Origin: Batkoa obscura
Lineage: Eukaryota
Assembly: GCA_030770535.1 (NCBI GenBank)
Contig: JASVEC010000101.1
Coordinates: 1 to 58,032, forward strand
Reading direction: 5' to 3'
DNA: 58,032 nucleotides
Shown: positions 1-11,994 of the stretch, in pieces
Position numbering within the stretch: position 1 is the stretch's first letter
Layout: each line of letters starts with the position of its first letter
Program-made: the position numbers and the translations under genes
The notes under the pieces: generated by a model
What the model was told of the DNA's origin: nothing
Databases searched by the model: none
The model's input: the letters and a program-made list of their open reading frames with translations, nothing else

Positions 1-69
1 CCCTAACCCTAACCCTAACCCTAACCCTAACCCTAACCCTAACCCCTAACCCTAACCCTAACCCTAACC

Positions 70-110
<41 letters not shown>

Positions 111-1010
111 CCCTAACCCTAACCCTAACCCTAACCCTAACCCTAACCCTAACCCTAACCCTAACCCTAACCCTAACCCTAACCCTAACCCTAACCCTAA
201 CCCTAACCCTAACCCTAACCCTAACCCTAACCCTAACCCTAACCCTAACCCTAACCCTAACCCTAACCCTAACCCTAACCCTAACCCTAACCCTAACCCT
301 AACCCTAACCCTAACCCTAACCCTAACCCTAACCCTAACCCTAACCCTAACCCTAACCCTAACCCTAACCCTAACCCTAACCCTAACCCTAACCCTAACC
401 CTAACCCTAACCCTAACCCTAACCCTAACCCTAACCCTAACCCTAACCCTAACCCTAACCCTAACCCTAACCCTAACCCTAACCCTAACCCTAACCCTAA
501 CCCTAACCCTAACCCTAACCCTAACCCTAACCCTAACCCTAACCCTAACCCTAACCCTAACCCTAACCCTAACCCTAACCCTAACCCTAACCCTAACCCT
601 AACCCTAACCCTAACCCTAACCCTAACCCTAACCCTAACCCTAACCCTAACCCTAACCCTAACCCTAACCCTAACCCTAACCCTAACCCTAACCCTAACC
701 CTAACCCTAACCCTAACCCTAACCCTAACCCTAACCCTAACCCTAACCCTAACCCTAACCCTAACCCTAACCCTAACCCTAACCCTAACCCTAACCCTAA
801 CCCTAACCCTAACCCTAACCCTAACCCTAACCCTAACCCTAACCCTAACCCTAACCCTAACCCTAACCCTAACCCTAACCCTAACCCTAACCCTAACCCT
901 AACCCTAACCCTAACCCTAACCCTATCCCTATCCCTATCCCTATCCCTATCCCTAACCCTATCCCTATCCCTATCCCTATCCCTATCCCTATCCCTATCC
1001 CTATCCCTAA
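1..1010. repeat. Telomeric repeat array (CCCTAA)n, chromosome end
   Basis: Uninterrupted CCCTAA repeats from base 1, with single-base indels near 43 and 90; the proximal part contains CCCTAT variants. Confidence 0.99.
921..1004. repeat. Telomere variant repeat block (CCCTAT)
   Basis: 5 x CCCTAT (921-950), 1 x CCCTAA, 8 x CCCTAT (957-1004), then one final CCCTAA (1005-1010). Confidence 0.95.
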
Positions 1011-1011
1011 C

Positions 1012-1437
1012 TGTGAAATCTGATACTCAACAGTTGGTGTCAGAAAGTCTTAGTTTATGTGGCTAAGATAGACTTGGATTATGAATAACAGCACGAATAG
1101 GCTACAGACTATATAAGACAAATAGAATAGACAATACTAATGTAAAATCTATGTAAAATACTATTAAGTAAACTTAGTGGCTTTATCAAATCTTCGAGAT
1201 ATCAAAGAATAATTCAGTTAAAAACCCTCGAGCTATTATGTTTTAGAATCTCTTTTATACTCCGATAAGTATAAATATCGAAACGACGGGAGAATATTCT
1301 TTGAGACGAAGATAGAAATTCTCATATTAAATCAAACTAAGAACCTGGGATTGATTTTCTCTGAACTCGAGAACACAACAGCTTAGGCGATTGTTATGCT
1401 ATAATTAACCATGAGACTGACAAAGCGATATTTCACA
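1012..1437 (-). mobile_element. Putative solo LTR (or short-TIR element) abutting the telomere
   Basis: Ends TGTGAAAT (1012-1019) and ATTTCACA (1430-1437) are perfect inverted repeats with TG...CA termini; 426 bp; visibly less AT-rich than the flank; minus-strand GTATAAAAGA at 1251-1260; interrupts a MITE copy. Confidence 0.65.
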
Positions 1438-1524
1438 GTTTCATTACTTTTTCTACTTTCTAAGCACTATTTAGGTGGAAAAATTTGCTAGTAAATTCTT
1501 AAACAAAAAAATACATCACCATAT
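1438..1524 (+). mobile_element. MITE-A copy, 5'-truncated by the LTR-like element
   Basis: Matches the MITE-A body from GTTTCATTACT to ATACATCACCATAT; the left TIR is missing. MITE strand is an arbitrary orientation label. Confidence 0.85.
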
Positions 1525-1722
1525 TATTTTACCTTAATATAATAGTATTAAATTATAATATCTATAAAAAAAAATTTAAAATTACTATTATTAAAAACAT
1601 TTTAAAAATTTTATTTATATTTACTATAAATGATATTTTTTTATAAAATTTTAAGTTTTAAAAGCTAAACTTTTAAATATTTGTGAGCAAAAAAATATAG
1701 ACTCAGCCTCGGATTAAACTAT

Positions 1723-1827
1723 ATAAGGGGAGATGTATTTTGTATTTAAGGATTTTACTAACAATTTTTCCACTTAAATAGTGCCTAAAAAACGGAAAAA
1801 GTAATGAAACCAAAAAACACCCCCATA
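1723..1827 (-). mobile_element. MITE-A copy
   Basis: GGGGAGATGTATTTT...AAAAAACACCCCCATA; reverse complement of the family consensus. Confidence 0.85.
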
Positions 1828-1916
1828 AGGTGTTTCTTTATCGCTTTTTCTACTTTTAACTTATTTGAGTAAAAAATTTCTAATGAAATTCTTAAACAAA
1901 AAACATATTTCCATAT
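1825..1916 (+). mobile_element. Degenerate MITE-A copy, adjacent and inverted relative to the previous copy
   Basis: GGTGTTTCTTT...GAAATTCTTAAACAAAAAACATATTTCCATAT. Confidence 0.7.
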
Positions 1917-2210
1917 TACTAATTTCAAACATTTATATGTTATAATTTTATCGATCAAAGCTTATTATTAAATATACATCACAAAATTTTAGATTAACAT
2001 TTTATTTCAAATCTATTAATTTTAAACATTATATCATCATATAGATTACTATTTTTAATTGCCAAGTTTATAAAATTATTTGTAAAAATCAAGTATCTTT
2101 ATTAATTAGTATTAATAACTTGTTTATTTAGAGTAATAAATCTTTAAAAGATTTAAGCTAGATATATCAATATGCTTAATGGTTATGTATACTATAGGGG
2201 GTAAGTAAGC

Positions 2211-3247
2211 TTATTCAAATTTAAGATTTGCGTTATTAGTTATTGTATCTTTGGTAGTTAGCTTCCTTTTGGGTTTTCTTAATACTCTCATTAAATAATT
2301 ATTGACTATGACTACTGACCATACTGTATTTAAAAGCCCAAGTACAAAGATAAAGAACGAAGATAAAGCGGTGATTATAAATGGTATCTTTGATAAATTT
2401 GAGCGTAAAATAAAATACTTCTCTTCCCAATTAAGTGAATTGAGGATTATATTACTTGGTAAACTTGCATCATAATTTGCTAACAACGTCGAATAAGGCG
2501 AAATATCTCCTGGATTATTTAGGGCGTAATAAAATAAAAATGGGGTAATAAACGATCTAAAAACTAAGAAAAATATTGCTCTAAAGAACAGCCCATAAGA
2601 ATACAATGGGGAATCTTTCATCTCTATACGTTGTAAAACCCATACAAGATTAGTTGGAATAACTGTAATTTCAGTTATAGTAAAAATCAATGGGAAAAAA
2701 GCTCCCTTTCTATACATCTATTCAAAAATAAATAAACAAATTCAAATGAAGTCAAATAAATTTACTGGCATAAGAATTGAGCCTATTAGCCCAACTAAAT
2801 GGTGTACCCACATTGAAACCTCTTCTTTTGGTTTTGTAAGCATTACTCCCATATCGTATATAGTATAACCAACATATGAAGAGAACAAGAGGTCAATTAT
2901 TTGTGGATATGGGTCAATTATGTTCCCTTGAAATACTTTTTCCAAGAAAATGATGTAAATTCCTAAAGCACCAACAATTAAGCCATTTACTGCAGAAGGA
3001 AACCTAAAAAAACAAGACAATTAATGTTTATTACTTACAAAAAAATTGTTGATTATAATATATCCATTATACAAAAATATCTAGCTAATAAAATGAATGC
3101 TTACTTTTCGGGTAGATCAATTCGATCTTCAATGCTTAGTTTTACTAATATCTTTTCATCTATTTTAGAAACAAAATATCGTTCTGATAATAAATGAAGA
3201 AGTAAATAAAATAAAGTAAAATATAAAACACTAAAAAATGACAACAT
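2211..3247 (-). CDS. TLC (TRAM/LAG1/CLN8) domain membrane protein, TLCD4/TMEM56-like, spliced
   Basis: Exon 1 MLSFFSVLYF...LPEK (ATG 3247, GTAAGC donor); motifs GYTIYDM, MWVHHLV, TEITVIPTN, FLVFR and LNTVW are typical of the TLC domain. Confidence 0.85.
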
Positions 3248-3656
3248 TTTAAGAAATAATTTTTGGTTTACTTTATTTATTTGTTTATATAGTTTTTGAA
3301 GTATAATAATAATCCCCCCTTATTCGATTTACATTCCATTTTTCCTTCCATGATCCCCATATAATATAATTCAAATCACATTTTCTCGATCTCTGTTGGA
3401 CATTACATCATAATTGTAAAAGTTATGTTTAGAAAGTATAATTTAAAGACAAATTATATTAAATTAAGAAATAAATTTGTCAATAAACGGAATTAAGGTT
3501 GAATGCACTTATTTAAATTAAAGGGAATTGCATAATTAAAATGCTAATAAAAATACTAGATTAAACTATTAACTATAAGTGAATAACAACACCAGTAACA
3601 ATAATAACAACAACACTTTTATTTTTGTTTTTCAGTAATTAAATAGGATACAACGT

Positions 3657-5366
3657 CTATTGATCTTCGAATAAATCATAAGTCTCCTTTGTCGGTATGA
3701 GCTTCAGATCATGTAGCATACTATGAAGATGTTTATATGCATTTTGTATCTTACTTTTTTCCTTATAGGATCTAATAATATAATAATATAACTCTGGAGT
3801 TGGAATAAAACCATGAGTGTTAACCATTTCATCAAGGGTAGTCTCAAGCTCATAAAATAAATGTTTGGTAGCATACTCTCTAATAAGCATAGTATAGGTA
3901 TGCTCAGAGTAAAATATAGGCCTATCATTAACCATCATTTTACGTAATAGCTCTTGTGTTAGACTTAAATTTCGAATACTTAAGCTGTATTTTAAAAAGG
4001 AATTGAGATAGCTGATTTTTAAATTATTGGGTAAACTTGATAGTACATCATCAAAATCTCCAGCTGATAAACTATTCTTTAATTCATCATTGATTTTCTC
4101 TACTAAAGGTAAGGTCACATTGGTGCCCTCTTTAGACTCGCTTAAAACATTTAATACTGATATGTATACCCGGGGATCAAGTTTACGATTAATAGCAGAT
4201 ACTTTGGAAAACAATCTATAGGAAAGTCCATAATCTCCTTTCTGTCGCAAGAAACATATTGCTCTATTAACAAATAAAGAAGTCGGCATTGTTTTAAACT
4301 TTGCCAAATGGAATAACCAAGGCTCTATTTCATCTTGATAATTATTATATATTAAATAATGTAAAAGCAAATCACATAGCTCGGTATCAGGCCTAATATT
4401 TTGTAAATGCACTTGTTTGGCTAACATCTCTTCAATTAAAAAACTGATATGATTTAAATTATATTTATCAAAAGTAATATTATTATTTTCATTCTTATTA
4501 TTATTATTTTGTTCAAAATAAATTGATAATAATAAATTTAACTCATTCAAAGAAGACTTGGGAAACCATCTATCATAAATAGTATTAATAAACATTAAAT
4601 CATTAAAGCAAATCCTTTTGAAAAAATATTCTCTTATTTTGAATGGAATCAAGTCAAAACTTTGGATACCTAATATTGTTAATACTTTGTTTTCTATAGT
4701 ATATATCCAACTTTTATTAATAATTCGCCTTTTGATCAATACTTGTAAAATAATCAATATTAAAAGCTTATCTATATCATAATTTCTATTTTTTTCCATT
4801 AGCATTGATCTTTTTCTACTAAATTGCTTATGTTTTAGTAACCAAAAAATTGAAGGGTTCATGGATAATTTAGGTGAAATAAGAGACACTATACTAAACA
4901 ATTGGTCAACTTCCTCTCTATCTAATTCATATTGAAGTCTAATCAGCATACTAAACATTTTGCTGTTGTTTAATTCATCTTCCAATATTAAATTATAGAT
5001 AAAATCGTTTATTTCTGAAGCTTTGCAATATCCCAGCTCTTCTTTTGATACCCGCCCTTGGTTCCTTAAAATATACCTATTGTCATTTTCTATATCTATT
5101 TTCTTTGTATTATTTGGCCCGCTCCCACTCAAAAACTTGACAAAGTCTTCTCTACTTTCAACTAATGATTTAAACTTATCCTCTTCACTATTTATATCCT
5201 TTTCTGTATTATTATATAAAGTAATGCCTACTTCCGCATTGGCTGTTGTATAGTTCCTAATCAAAATCGTTCTCCTCTTTCTATAAACTTTAGCTAAGGG
5301 TGAAAATAATTTATCTCTTGTGTTCCTCAAATTAATTATACAAATATTACAATTTAAATAAAGCAT
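3657..5366 (-). CDS. Pentatricopeptide repeat (PPR) protein, probably mitochondrial
   Basis: 569-aa intronless ORF with a basic N-terminal presequence; C-terminal PPR motifs (HTYTMLIREYA...MVNTHGFIPTPELYYYIIRSY...KLIPTKETY). Confidence 0.8.
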   Translation of the reverse strand: MLYLNCNICIINLRNTRDKLFSPLAKVYRKRRTILIRNYTTANAEVGITLYNNTEKDINSEEDKFKSLVESREDFVKFLSGSGPNNTKKIDIENDNRYILRNQGRVSKEELGYCKASEINDFIYNLILEDELNNSKMFSMLIRLQYELDREEVDQLFSIVSLISPKLSMNPSIFWLLKHKQFSRKRSMLMEKNRNYDIDKLLILIILQVLIKRRIINKSWIYTIENKVLTILGIQSFDLIPFKIREYFFKRICFNDLMFINTIYDRWFPKSSLNELNLLLSIYFEQNNNNKNENNNITFDKYNLNHISFLIEEMLAKQVHLQNIRPDTELCDLLLHYLIYNNYQDEIEPWLFHLAKFKTMPTSLFVNRAICFLRQKGDYGLSYRLFSKVSAINRKLDPRVYISVLNVLSESKEGTNVTLPLVEKINDELKNSLSAGDFDDVLSSLPNNLKISYLNSFLKYSLSIRNLSLTQELLRKMMVNDRPIFYSEHTYTMLIREYATKHLFYELETTLDEMVNTHGFIPTPELYYYIIRSYKEKSKIQNAYKHLHSMLHDLKLIPTKETYDLFEDQ

Positions 5367-5445
5367 TTAAAAAAATTATGGATTGAAATCCAAAATTGAT
5401 TTGAATAATTATTCTTTTTAAATTCATTTTTTCTAAAATTTTAAA

Positions 5446-8077
5446 ATGGGTAGAAGGAATCGAGCAGTACTTCTTGGGAATAACCTTCCACAATTACAAA
5501 ATCTTATTAAAAGAGATCCGGAAAGTTATAAAGAAGAATTCCTTCAACAGTACAGACATTTTGAAAGTAGTTTAAGTTTGTTTGAGCTTAAGCCAGATGC
5601 CGAAAACAAAGAACTCGGGGACTTAATCATGTTTCTTTCACAAGTTGTAAAACTTTACCAAGAACAAGCAAAAGTTTTTCCTAATCAGTTGATTGAACTA
5701 TTGACAAAGTTTCATATGGTATTATGCCCAGATCTTCGTAAATCAATTGTACAATCTTTAATTTTACTTAAGAACAAGGGAGTAATTGAAAGCATGGAGT
5801 AAGGTTTTACTTAGTTAATTTTTTGTCATACATTAATATATTTCTTAGTTTACTTTCATTGTTTTTTACACTTTTTCGTTGCAAAGATAAACTTTTAAGA
5901 GAGATCCTTTACACCTTTATTATTAATGATATAAAAGATGCCAATTCAAAACATAAGGATAATAGACTTAATAAGACTTTACAGAACTTTCTCTATTCAA
6001 TATTTCAAAAAGCTCAAGGCTTGAGCAATAATAGTAATGCATCTGATGGCAGTGAAAATGTCATAGCTGCTAAAAAATCTTTACAAGTATGTATTGAACT
6101 TTATAGGAAAAATATTTGGTAAGTAAATAGAAAAAAGTTTACTAGAAACTAACTTAATTTAGGAATGACAAAAAGACGGTTAATGTTATTGCTGAGGCTT
6201 GTTTATCCCCTATAGGAACCCTTGTATTTCCTGCTGCTCATTTTTTCCTTGGAAATAATGAAACAGAAGACTCCGATGATGAAGACGAAGTAACTTAATT
6301 AAAACATGACTAACTTAATATTTATTGCTATTTGATCCTTAGATTGATATTAGACAATTAGATCATCAGTCGCAAATTAATAAAAAAACGAAAGCAAGAG
6401 CTAGAAAAAGAGAAAAGGCAGTTGCTTCCTTAAGAAGGGTACATTTTAATTTAATTTGAATTGATTTATAAATTTGACAACCATTTTAGAGAGAAAGGAA
6501 AGGAAAGAAAGCAGAAGTATTCAATTTCTCTGCATTACATCTTATTAATGACCCACAAGGTTTATTTTTTCCTTTAAAAATTGTTTTTTACTAAAGTAAA
6601 TTATACAGGTTTTGCAGAAAAGCTTTTTGCTCGTTTAAATAAGGCTGGAAATGAAGGTTTTGAATTAAAATTGATCCTCATGAAACTCATAGCAAGAGTG
6701 ATCGGCATACATAAGTTGATTTTATTAGGGTTCTATCCTTACCTTATTAAATATATACAACCTCATCAAAGAGATGTCACTCAAATATTAGCTTTAACTG
6801 CACAGTCATGTCATGAAATTGTCCCACCGGAAACGTTAGAGCCTTTGCTTTCAGCAATTACTAAAAATTTTGTTTCAGAAAACATGTCTAATGAAGTCAT
6901 TTCTGCAGGGTAAATTTATTTGCTAGGCATTAAGCTTATTTAAATTAACCTTTGATTTTAGTATCAATTCAATTAGAGAAATTTGTGCTCGTGCACCATT
7001 GATTATGAATGAAGATTTATTACAAGATCTTACTGAATATAAAAAGATCAAAGACAAATCAGTTGTTATGGCATCTCGTTCTCTTATACAATTATTCCGA
7101 GAAATAAACCCATCTTTACTTAAAAAGAAGGACCGTGGGCGTGATGCTACTGTTGCTAAAATTTCTGGAAATGAGACTAAAGTGCTTAAGTATGGTGAGA
7201 TTCAAACAGCTGAAGGAATATCTGGTATAGAATACCTTGAGTCAAGTGGTTCAGAAAATGATGATGATGATGAAGAGAAAGAAGATGTGGAAAACGATGA
7301 AGAGGAAGATGACGAAGAAGATGAAGAGGAACTAGAAGATGATGAAGAGGAACTAGAAGAAGGTATAGATAACGTAGTTGACAATGCAGAAGGTACGAAA
7401 GATGTTAGTTTTTATAAACAATTTTTTAACATTAAATAGACTCCAAAGAAGAAGAAAAAGTACAAAAGAAAGTGAGAGTAGATGCCCTTAGAGTAAATGA
7501 TTTATAAATCAGTTTAATAGTAATTTAATCATTTTTAGATTTTGACGGATGAAGATTTTAAGCTTATTAAAAAGAAGCAAAGAAATGTATCAATGAATTT
7601 AGATAAAAATCATGGGATAAAAAGAAAGTCCAAGGCTGAAAGGTAATCAATAAATAGTTTAATTTTAACAACTCCAACCTATTTTATAGTGATTCTGAAG
7701 ATGACTCTCAAGCTTCTGATGATGATAAAAATGATGAAGTTGTTGATGAATCTGCTATCACTAGGTTCCACAAAAAAGCTAAGCAAGATTACCAGCAGAG
7801 AATGGAATCTATTCAAGCCGGTAGAGAAGGTCGTGCAAAATTTGGCTCAAATTTTTCTAAAAAAACTGATAAGCACAGTACAACAAATCGTCAAAAGAAG
7901 CGTGGTAAAAATTTCTTAATGGTTGCCCATAAAAAGGGAGTTTTACAAAAGTCTAAAATGTCTTTAAGAGATAAACAAGTAACTATTTTTATTTTTATAG
8001 TTTATTTTTATTCATCTTAATTTTTTTAGACTCAACTACGTACTCGTATTGAAAAACAAAAGAAAAGAAAACATTAA
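5446..8077 (+). CDS. SDA1: Ribosome biogenesis protein SDA1, multi-exon
   Basis: [47 protein letters not shown], acidic tract and [15 protein letters not shown]; stop TAA at 8075-8077. Confidence 0.97.
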
Positions 8078-8243
8078 AAAAATCAAGTTAGTTTTGATTT
8101 CGATGCTATCAATTGCTCTAAAATTTAGGATAGGATAGTTTATAGAGTCCTATTCTCTTTTATAGTTATACAATCTTATTAAACTTTTAATAGACCTTTA
8201 ATAGTAATAAAAATTATTATTATATTTAAGATATAAATTATAA

Positions 8244-8350
8244 ATATGGGAGTGTTTTTTTTGGCTTCATTACTTTTTCCGTCTTTTAAGCACTATTTAA
8301 GCAGAAAGGTTGTTAGTAAAATTCTTAAACACAAAAATACATCCCCATAT
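8244..8350 (+). mobile_element. MITE-A copy (107 bp)
   Basis: ATATGGGAGTGTTTTT...AAAAATACATCCCCATAT inverted termini. Confidence 0.92.
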
Positions 8351-8410
8351 ATTCATTCTATTTCTTCAAAATCAAAAATGATAACCAAAATTTTAATAAT
8401 TAAATATTTA

Positions 8411-11400
8411 TTATTCATTAATATAATTAATAGCTGGTTTCATTTCTTCTTCAATTGGTTCGATTAATTCTCTTGGCAAAGTCCGATGTAAAATTGAAGT
8501 TAAAGTTTGGCTTTTTGATAAATACCCTTGTCTAAAATAATGTTGAATATAAAATCGAAAATAATAAATAGTGTGCTGATATTTTACCTTTTTAATAAAA
8601 TTTCCAAATCCGAATTTTCAATTGTCTTCCTTCCTGCATGTTTAGAATAATAGGTCAAATGTTGAGCTGTTTGTTCAAAATACAAATAGGTTGCTCTATT
8701 TAATGCAGTAACGCTATCTCTAGATAAACGAAGTCTATTTATACCACTGCTTAGACTATGTTCTGCAATATTCTTTAAGAGCTTTCCTGGGAGATTTGGG
8801 ACTTCCATACCACTAGCAGATCTTGAAACTAATTTAGTCTTTAAGGATTGTTTTCATTTAAGATTTACCTATATGTAGTCATTCCTTTACTACTGGAAGG
8901 GTTGGTTGATGATTTAAACCTAATGTCTTTCATATCAAGCAACGAGGTGGGAGGTTCGTTCTCTTTATCTTCATATTTCTCAAACGTTCTTTTTGGCATT
9001 TTTAAACTTGGTTCTACTAAAAGGTTCATATCAACATCTTTATCAGAGAGCAAATTATTAATATCTTGAATTAGAGATTCTATCTTTGATAGTGAATTAA
9101 GATCGCTGTTATCATCAGGTGGCGTTAATGGGTATATATTATCATCATTTCTCTGGAGCCCCAAATTTAACTTAGAATAATTAAATTCAATATCATCAAA
9201 ATAATGCGCTTCTACATCAGTTCTATTCATATTTTGTGTATCTAAAATATTGTCGATTTCTTTAACAACCTGACTATTTATATCAAGTGCTGTTTCTTTC
9301 AACCTTTTTTCAATATTATTATTACTTATTTGAATTATGCTATCATCGATTTGTTCTGAAATCATGTCTTCAACCTGAGCTTCATTTCCAGCCTCTATGC
9401 TATATATATTATCCTCAATCTGTATAGAAGCCTCCTGCTTTTTCTCTAGACTTAAATTGTGAACTATGGATGATATTTTACTTTCCTCTTCTTGGAATGA
9501 TATAGCTACTTCCTCATTAGCCAAATAACTGAATTGATTTATGCTCTCTTGATTTTCCTTAACCATCCCATCAATTTTATTTGATCCCTCAACACTGTTT
9601 ATATTACTAAATGTTAATTCATCTATATCTTCTTCTTGGCTTCCAGTATCTGTTAAGGATTTTTCATTTTCTTCATGTATGCTACTGAAATCCGATTTTT
9701 CGTCAACTTCTGTTTCAATGCTAGAAAAGACTTCTTGATTTTCAATTTCCCCCATTCTCTCGCTTACTTCACCTTCAGTTGTATATGCTGAATCCACTAA
9801 TACATTACCATTACTACTGTTATTGGTTGAAGGTTCCACTTCGGGTAAAAACACTTCTTTGTGTGAAGCTTCAGTAGTATAAGAAGCCATATTGTTATTA
9901 ACTTCATCTACTACCTGTTTGCTTATACTAATTTCATTACTCATGACTGGAGTTATTGTGTTTTTTGGGTAAACATTTGATTGGGAATTTTTGTTACTGT
10001 CTTTGTTTACAAATGACACTTGATGTAAATTCGGGCTATCGCCAGGATTCAAATCAAAAGCATTGTTACTATTTATAGGACTCTTGGAGGATATACTATT
10101 TGTCTTACTATTATCATTTTGTATAGATTCTTGGATAAGATTATAACTCAAAGAGTTGTATTGTGAGTTTGGGTCAATATATATATTGTCACTATTTTTA
10201 AATTCTTTATTTATATTTTTACTTAGATTATAATTTGCTGTTGATGGATCTTTAATTGTTTCATAGTTAAGTTGATCTTCCATTAAACCCGCTTTATCAA
10301 CCACATTAATTTCTTCCCCTAAATAATCATCATCGTTATGTAATGGTGAAATATGACCTTGGTTGTTGAGGCCTTGTTCACTTGGTTTTATATTGTGATT
10401 AGAATAATAATTCTCACTTTTATGTATTGATGACATATAACTTAAGTCATTGACACCATACTCACTTTCCCTTATGCTTTGAGTAGAATACAGTCTTGAT
10501 ATATTACTTGGTGTAGATACATCTGATATTGGAGGTGCAGTTGATGGTGTTCTCTCACCAAACCCAAAAACATTGTGCAATTCATTATCGATTTTGAGTG
10601 AATCTTCATTAAATGAAACATCAGACACCAAGCTGTTAATAAACGACTTTTCTGTGGATATATTGAAATCCTTTAATATTTTACTTACATCAACAAACGA
10701 ATCATCAAAAATCTGTTCATCTGGCGTGCCTGTTATTGGAATACTCTCTTGAAGTACGGATTCCGGAAGCTTGCTTAAATAGTTGCCGTTTTTTTCGACC
10801 TCTTTAAGCTTCGCTTTATCAGTTGCCGATTCCTTATAGTCACTGTCCATTTTAGTTACTGGGGCGTTTTTTTTCTTACTTGTTTCCAATATACCTTGGG
10901 GATTTAATTTGGGCGAGGCTTTACGCTTATATGTTTTTTTGTCACTTGTTTCCATAGCTATAATATAAATATTATTTCAAAATAGTAAAATAATAATACC
11001 TTTAACCAATAACCCTAACAATCCATGAGGAGGCTCCTCCGAATCAAGGACATCAGAATTTGTATCAAAATCTTCAATTAGAGTATTTGATATTTGTATA
11101 TTGTCTTCTGGAGTTGGTGAAATATTCAATCTAGTATTTATATATGATGATTTATCATATTTGGTACCCTGAGCTTTGCTGACAACATTACCTTTGTTAA
11201 TAGCTTTATTACTTGATTCGAGAAATGAGCTTCTTTTTATTCTATTGTAAGTCTAAAAGTAAAACAAGTTAATACTTAAATGACAAATAAAAATTACTAC
11301 ATTTATAGTTGGGCTTAAATCCAAGCTAACACTTTTCTCGCTTATTGAACTATTGGAACTTCTTCTTTGATTTCTCACTGGGGTAGCTCCAAATATTCGT

Positions 11401-11744
11401 GTTTGAGTATTAAAAGCATCATTCTGCTCTATACCATTACCAATCATACTGAATTCTGTAATATTTTCGCCGTTTCGAGTTTTTAGATCAAAATCACTTA
11501 TACCTCTCTCATTTCTTTTGCTTGAGTCTTTATTAAAGGTAGTTGAAGATCCCAAATTCAAGTTTATTTTGCTTCTTTCATAATTTTTAAACCTATTTTG
11601 TTTTGTTTGCTTATTATCTACTTCTTTTGTTAGATTTGTCGTATTAATGTTTTTTATAGTCAATCTGCGCCGTAACGGCCTTTTTCTCCTATATCTTAAT
11701 GAAGTCCCACTGCTAGGGCTTGAGTCTTTGTCACTCTCATCCAT
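8411..11744 (-). CDS. Centromere protein T (CENP-T/Cnp20)-like: long disordered N-terminus and C-terminal histone fold
   Basis: C-terminal exons YRSASGMEVPNLP...YFEQTAQHLTYYSKHAGRKTIENSDLEILLKR|QGYL...LPRELI match the CENP-T histone fold; intron 8822-8868 joins the 696-aa ORF in frame; stop 8411-8413. Confidence 0.85.
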
Positions 11745-11834
11745 TTTTATTAAAAAAAAGCGTATTTGAATTTGTAAAGGATAATTTTCATAAATAGAAT
11801 TTGGGCATATAGTTTTTATTGCCCAGAATCTCTT

Positions 11835-11942
11835 GGATGGAAAGTGTTTTTTTTGACTTCATTATTTTTTGCATTTTTTAAGCACTATTTAAGCGGAAAA
11901 TTTGTCAGTAAAATTCTTAAACGCAAAAATGCATTCCCATAT
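11835..11942 (+). mobile_element. MITE-A copy (left TIR degenerate)
   Basis: GGATGGAAAGTGTTTTT...AAAAATGCATTCCCATAT. Confidence 0.9.
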
Positions 11943-11994
11943 TTGATTTTAGAATTATAAATTCCAAAATAACATCAAAATAAAGTTAGTAGTT

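Noticed and set aside
41..95. CCCCTAA and CCCTAAA irregular telomere units
   Set aside because: Isolated single-base indels near the contig end are most likely homopolymer errors or slippage.
1035..1045. TGGTGTCAGAA, resembling a tRNA-Leu primer-binding site after ...CAACA
   Set aside because: It lies inside the TG...CA-bounded unit, matches the local tRNA-Leu 3' end for only 8 nt, and no gag ORF follows. Kept only as an alternative reading of the LTR remnant.
7202..7384. Poly-Ser ORF
   Set aside because: Antisense of the SDA1 acidic tract.
8246..8467. 73-aa ORF
   Set aside because: It begins inside a MITE TIR and runs antisense into the CENP-T end; spurious.
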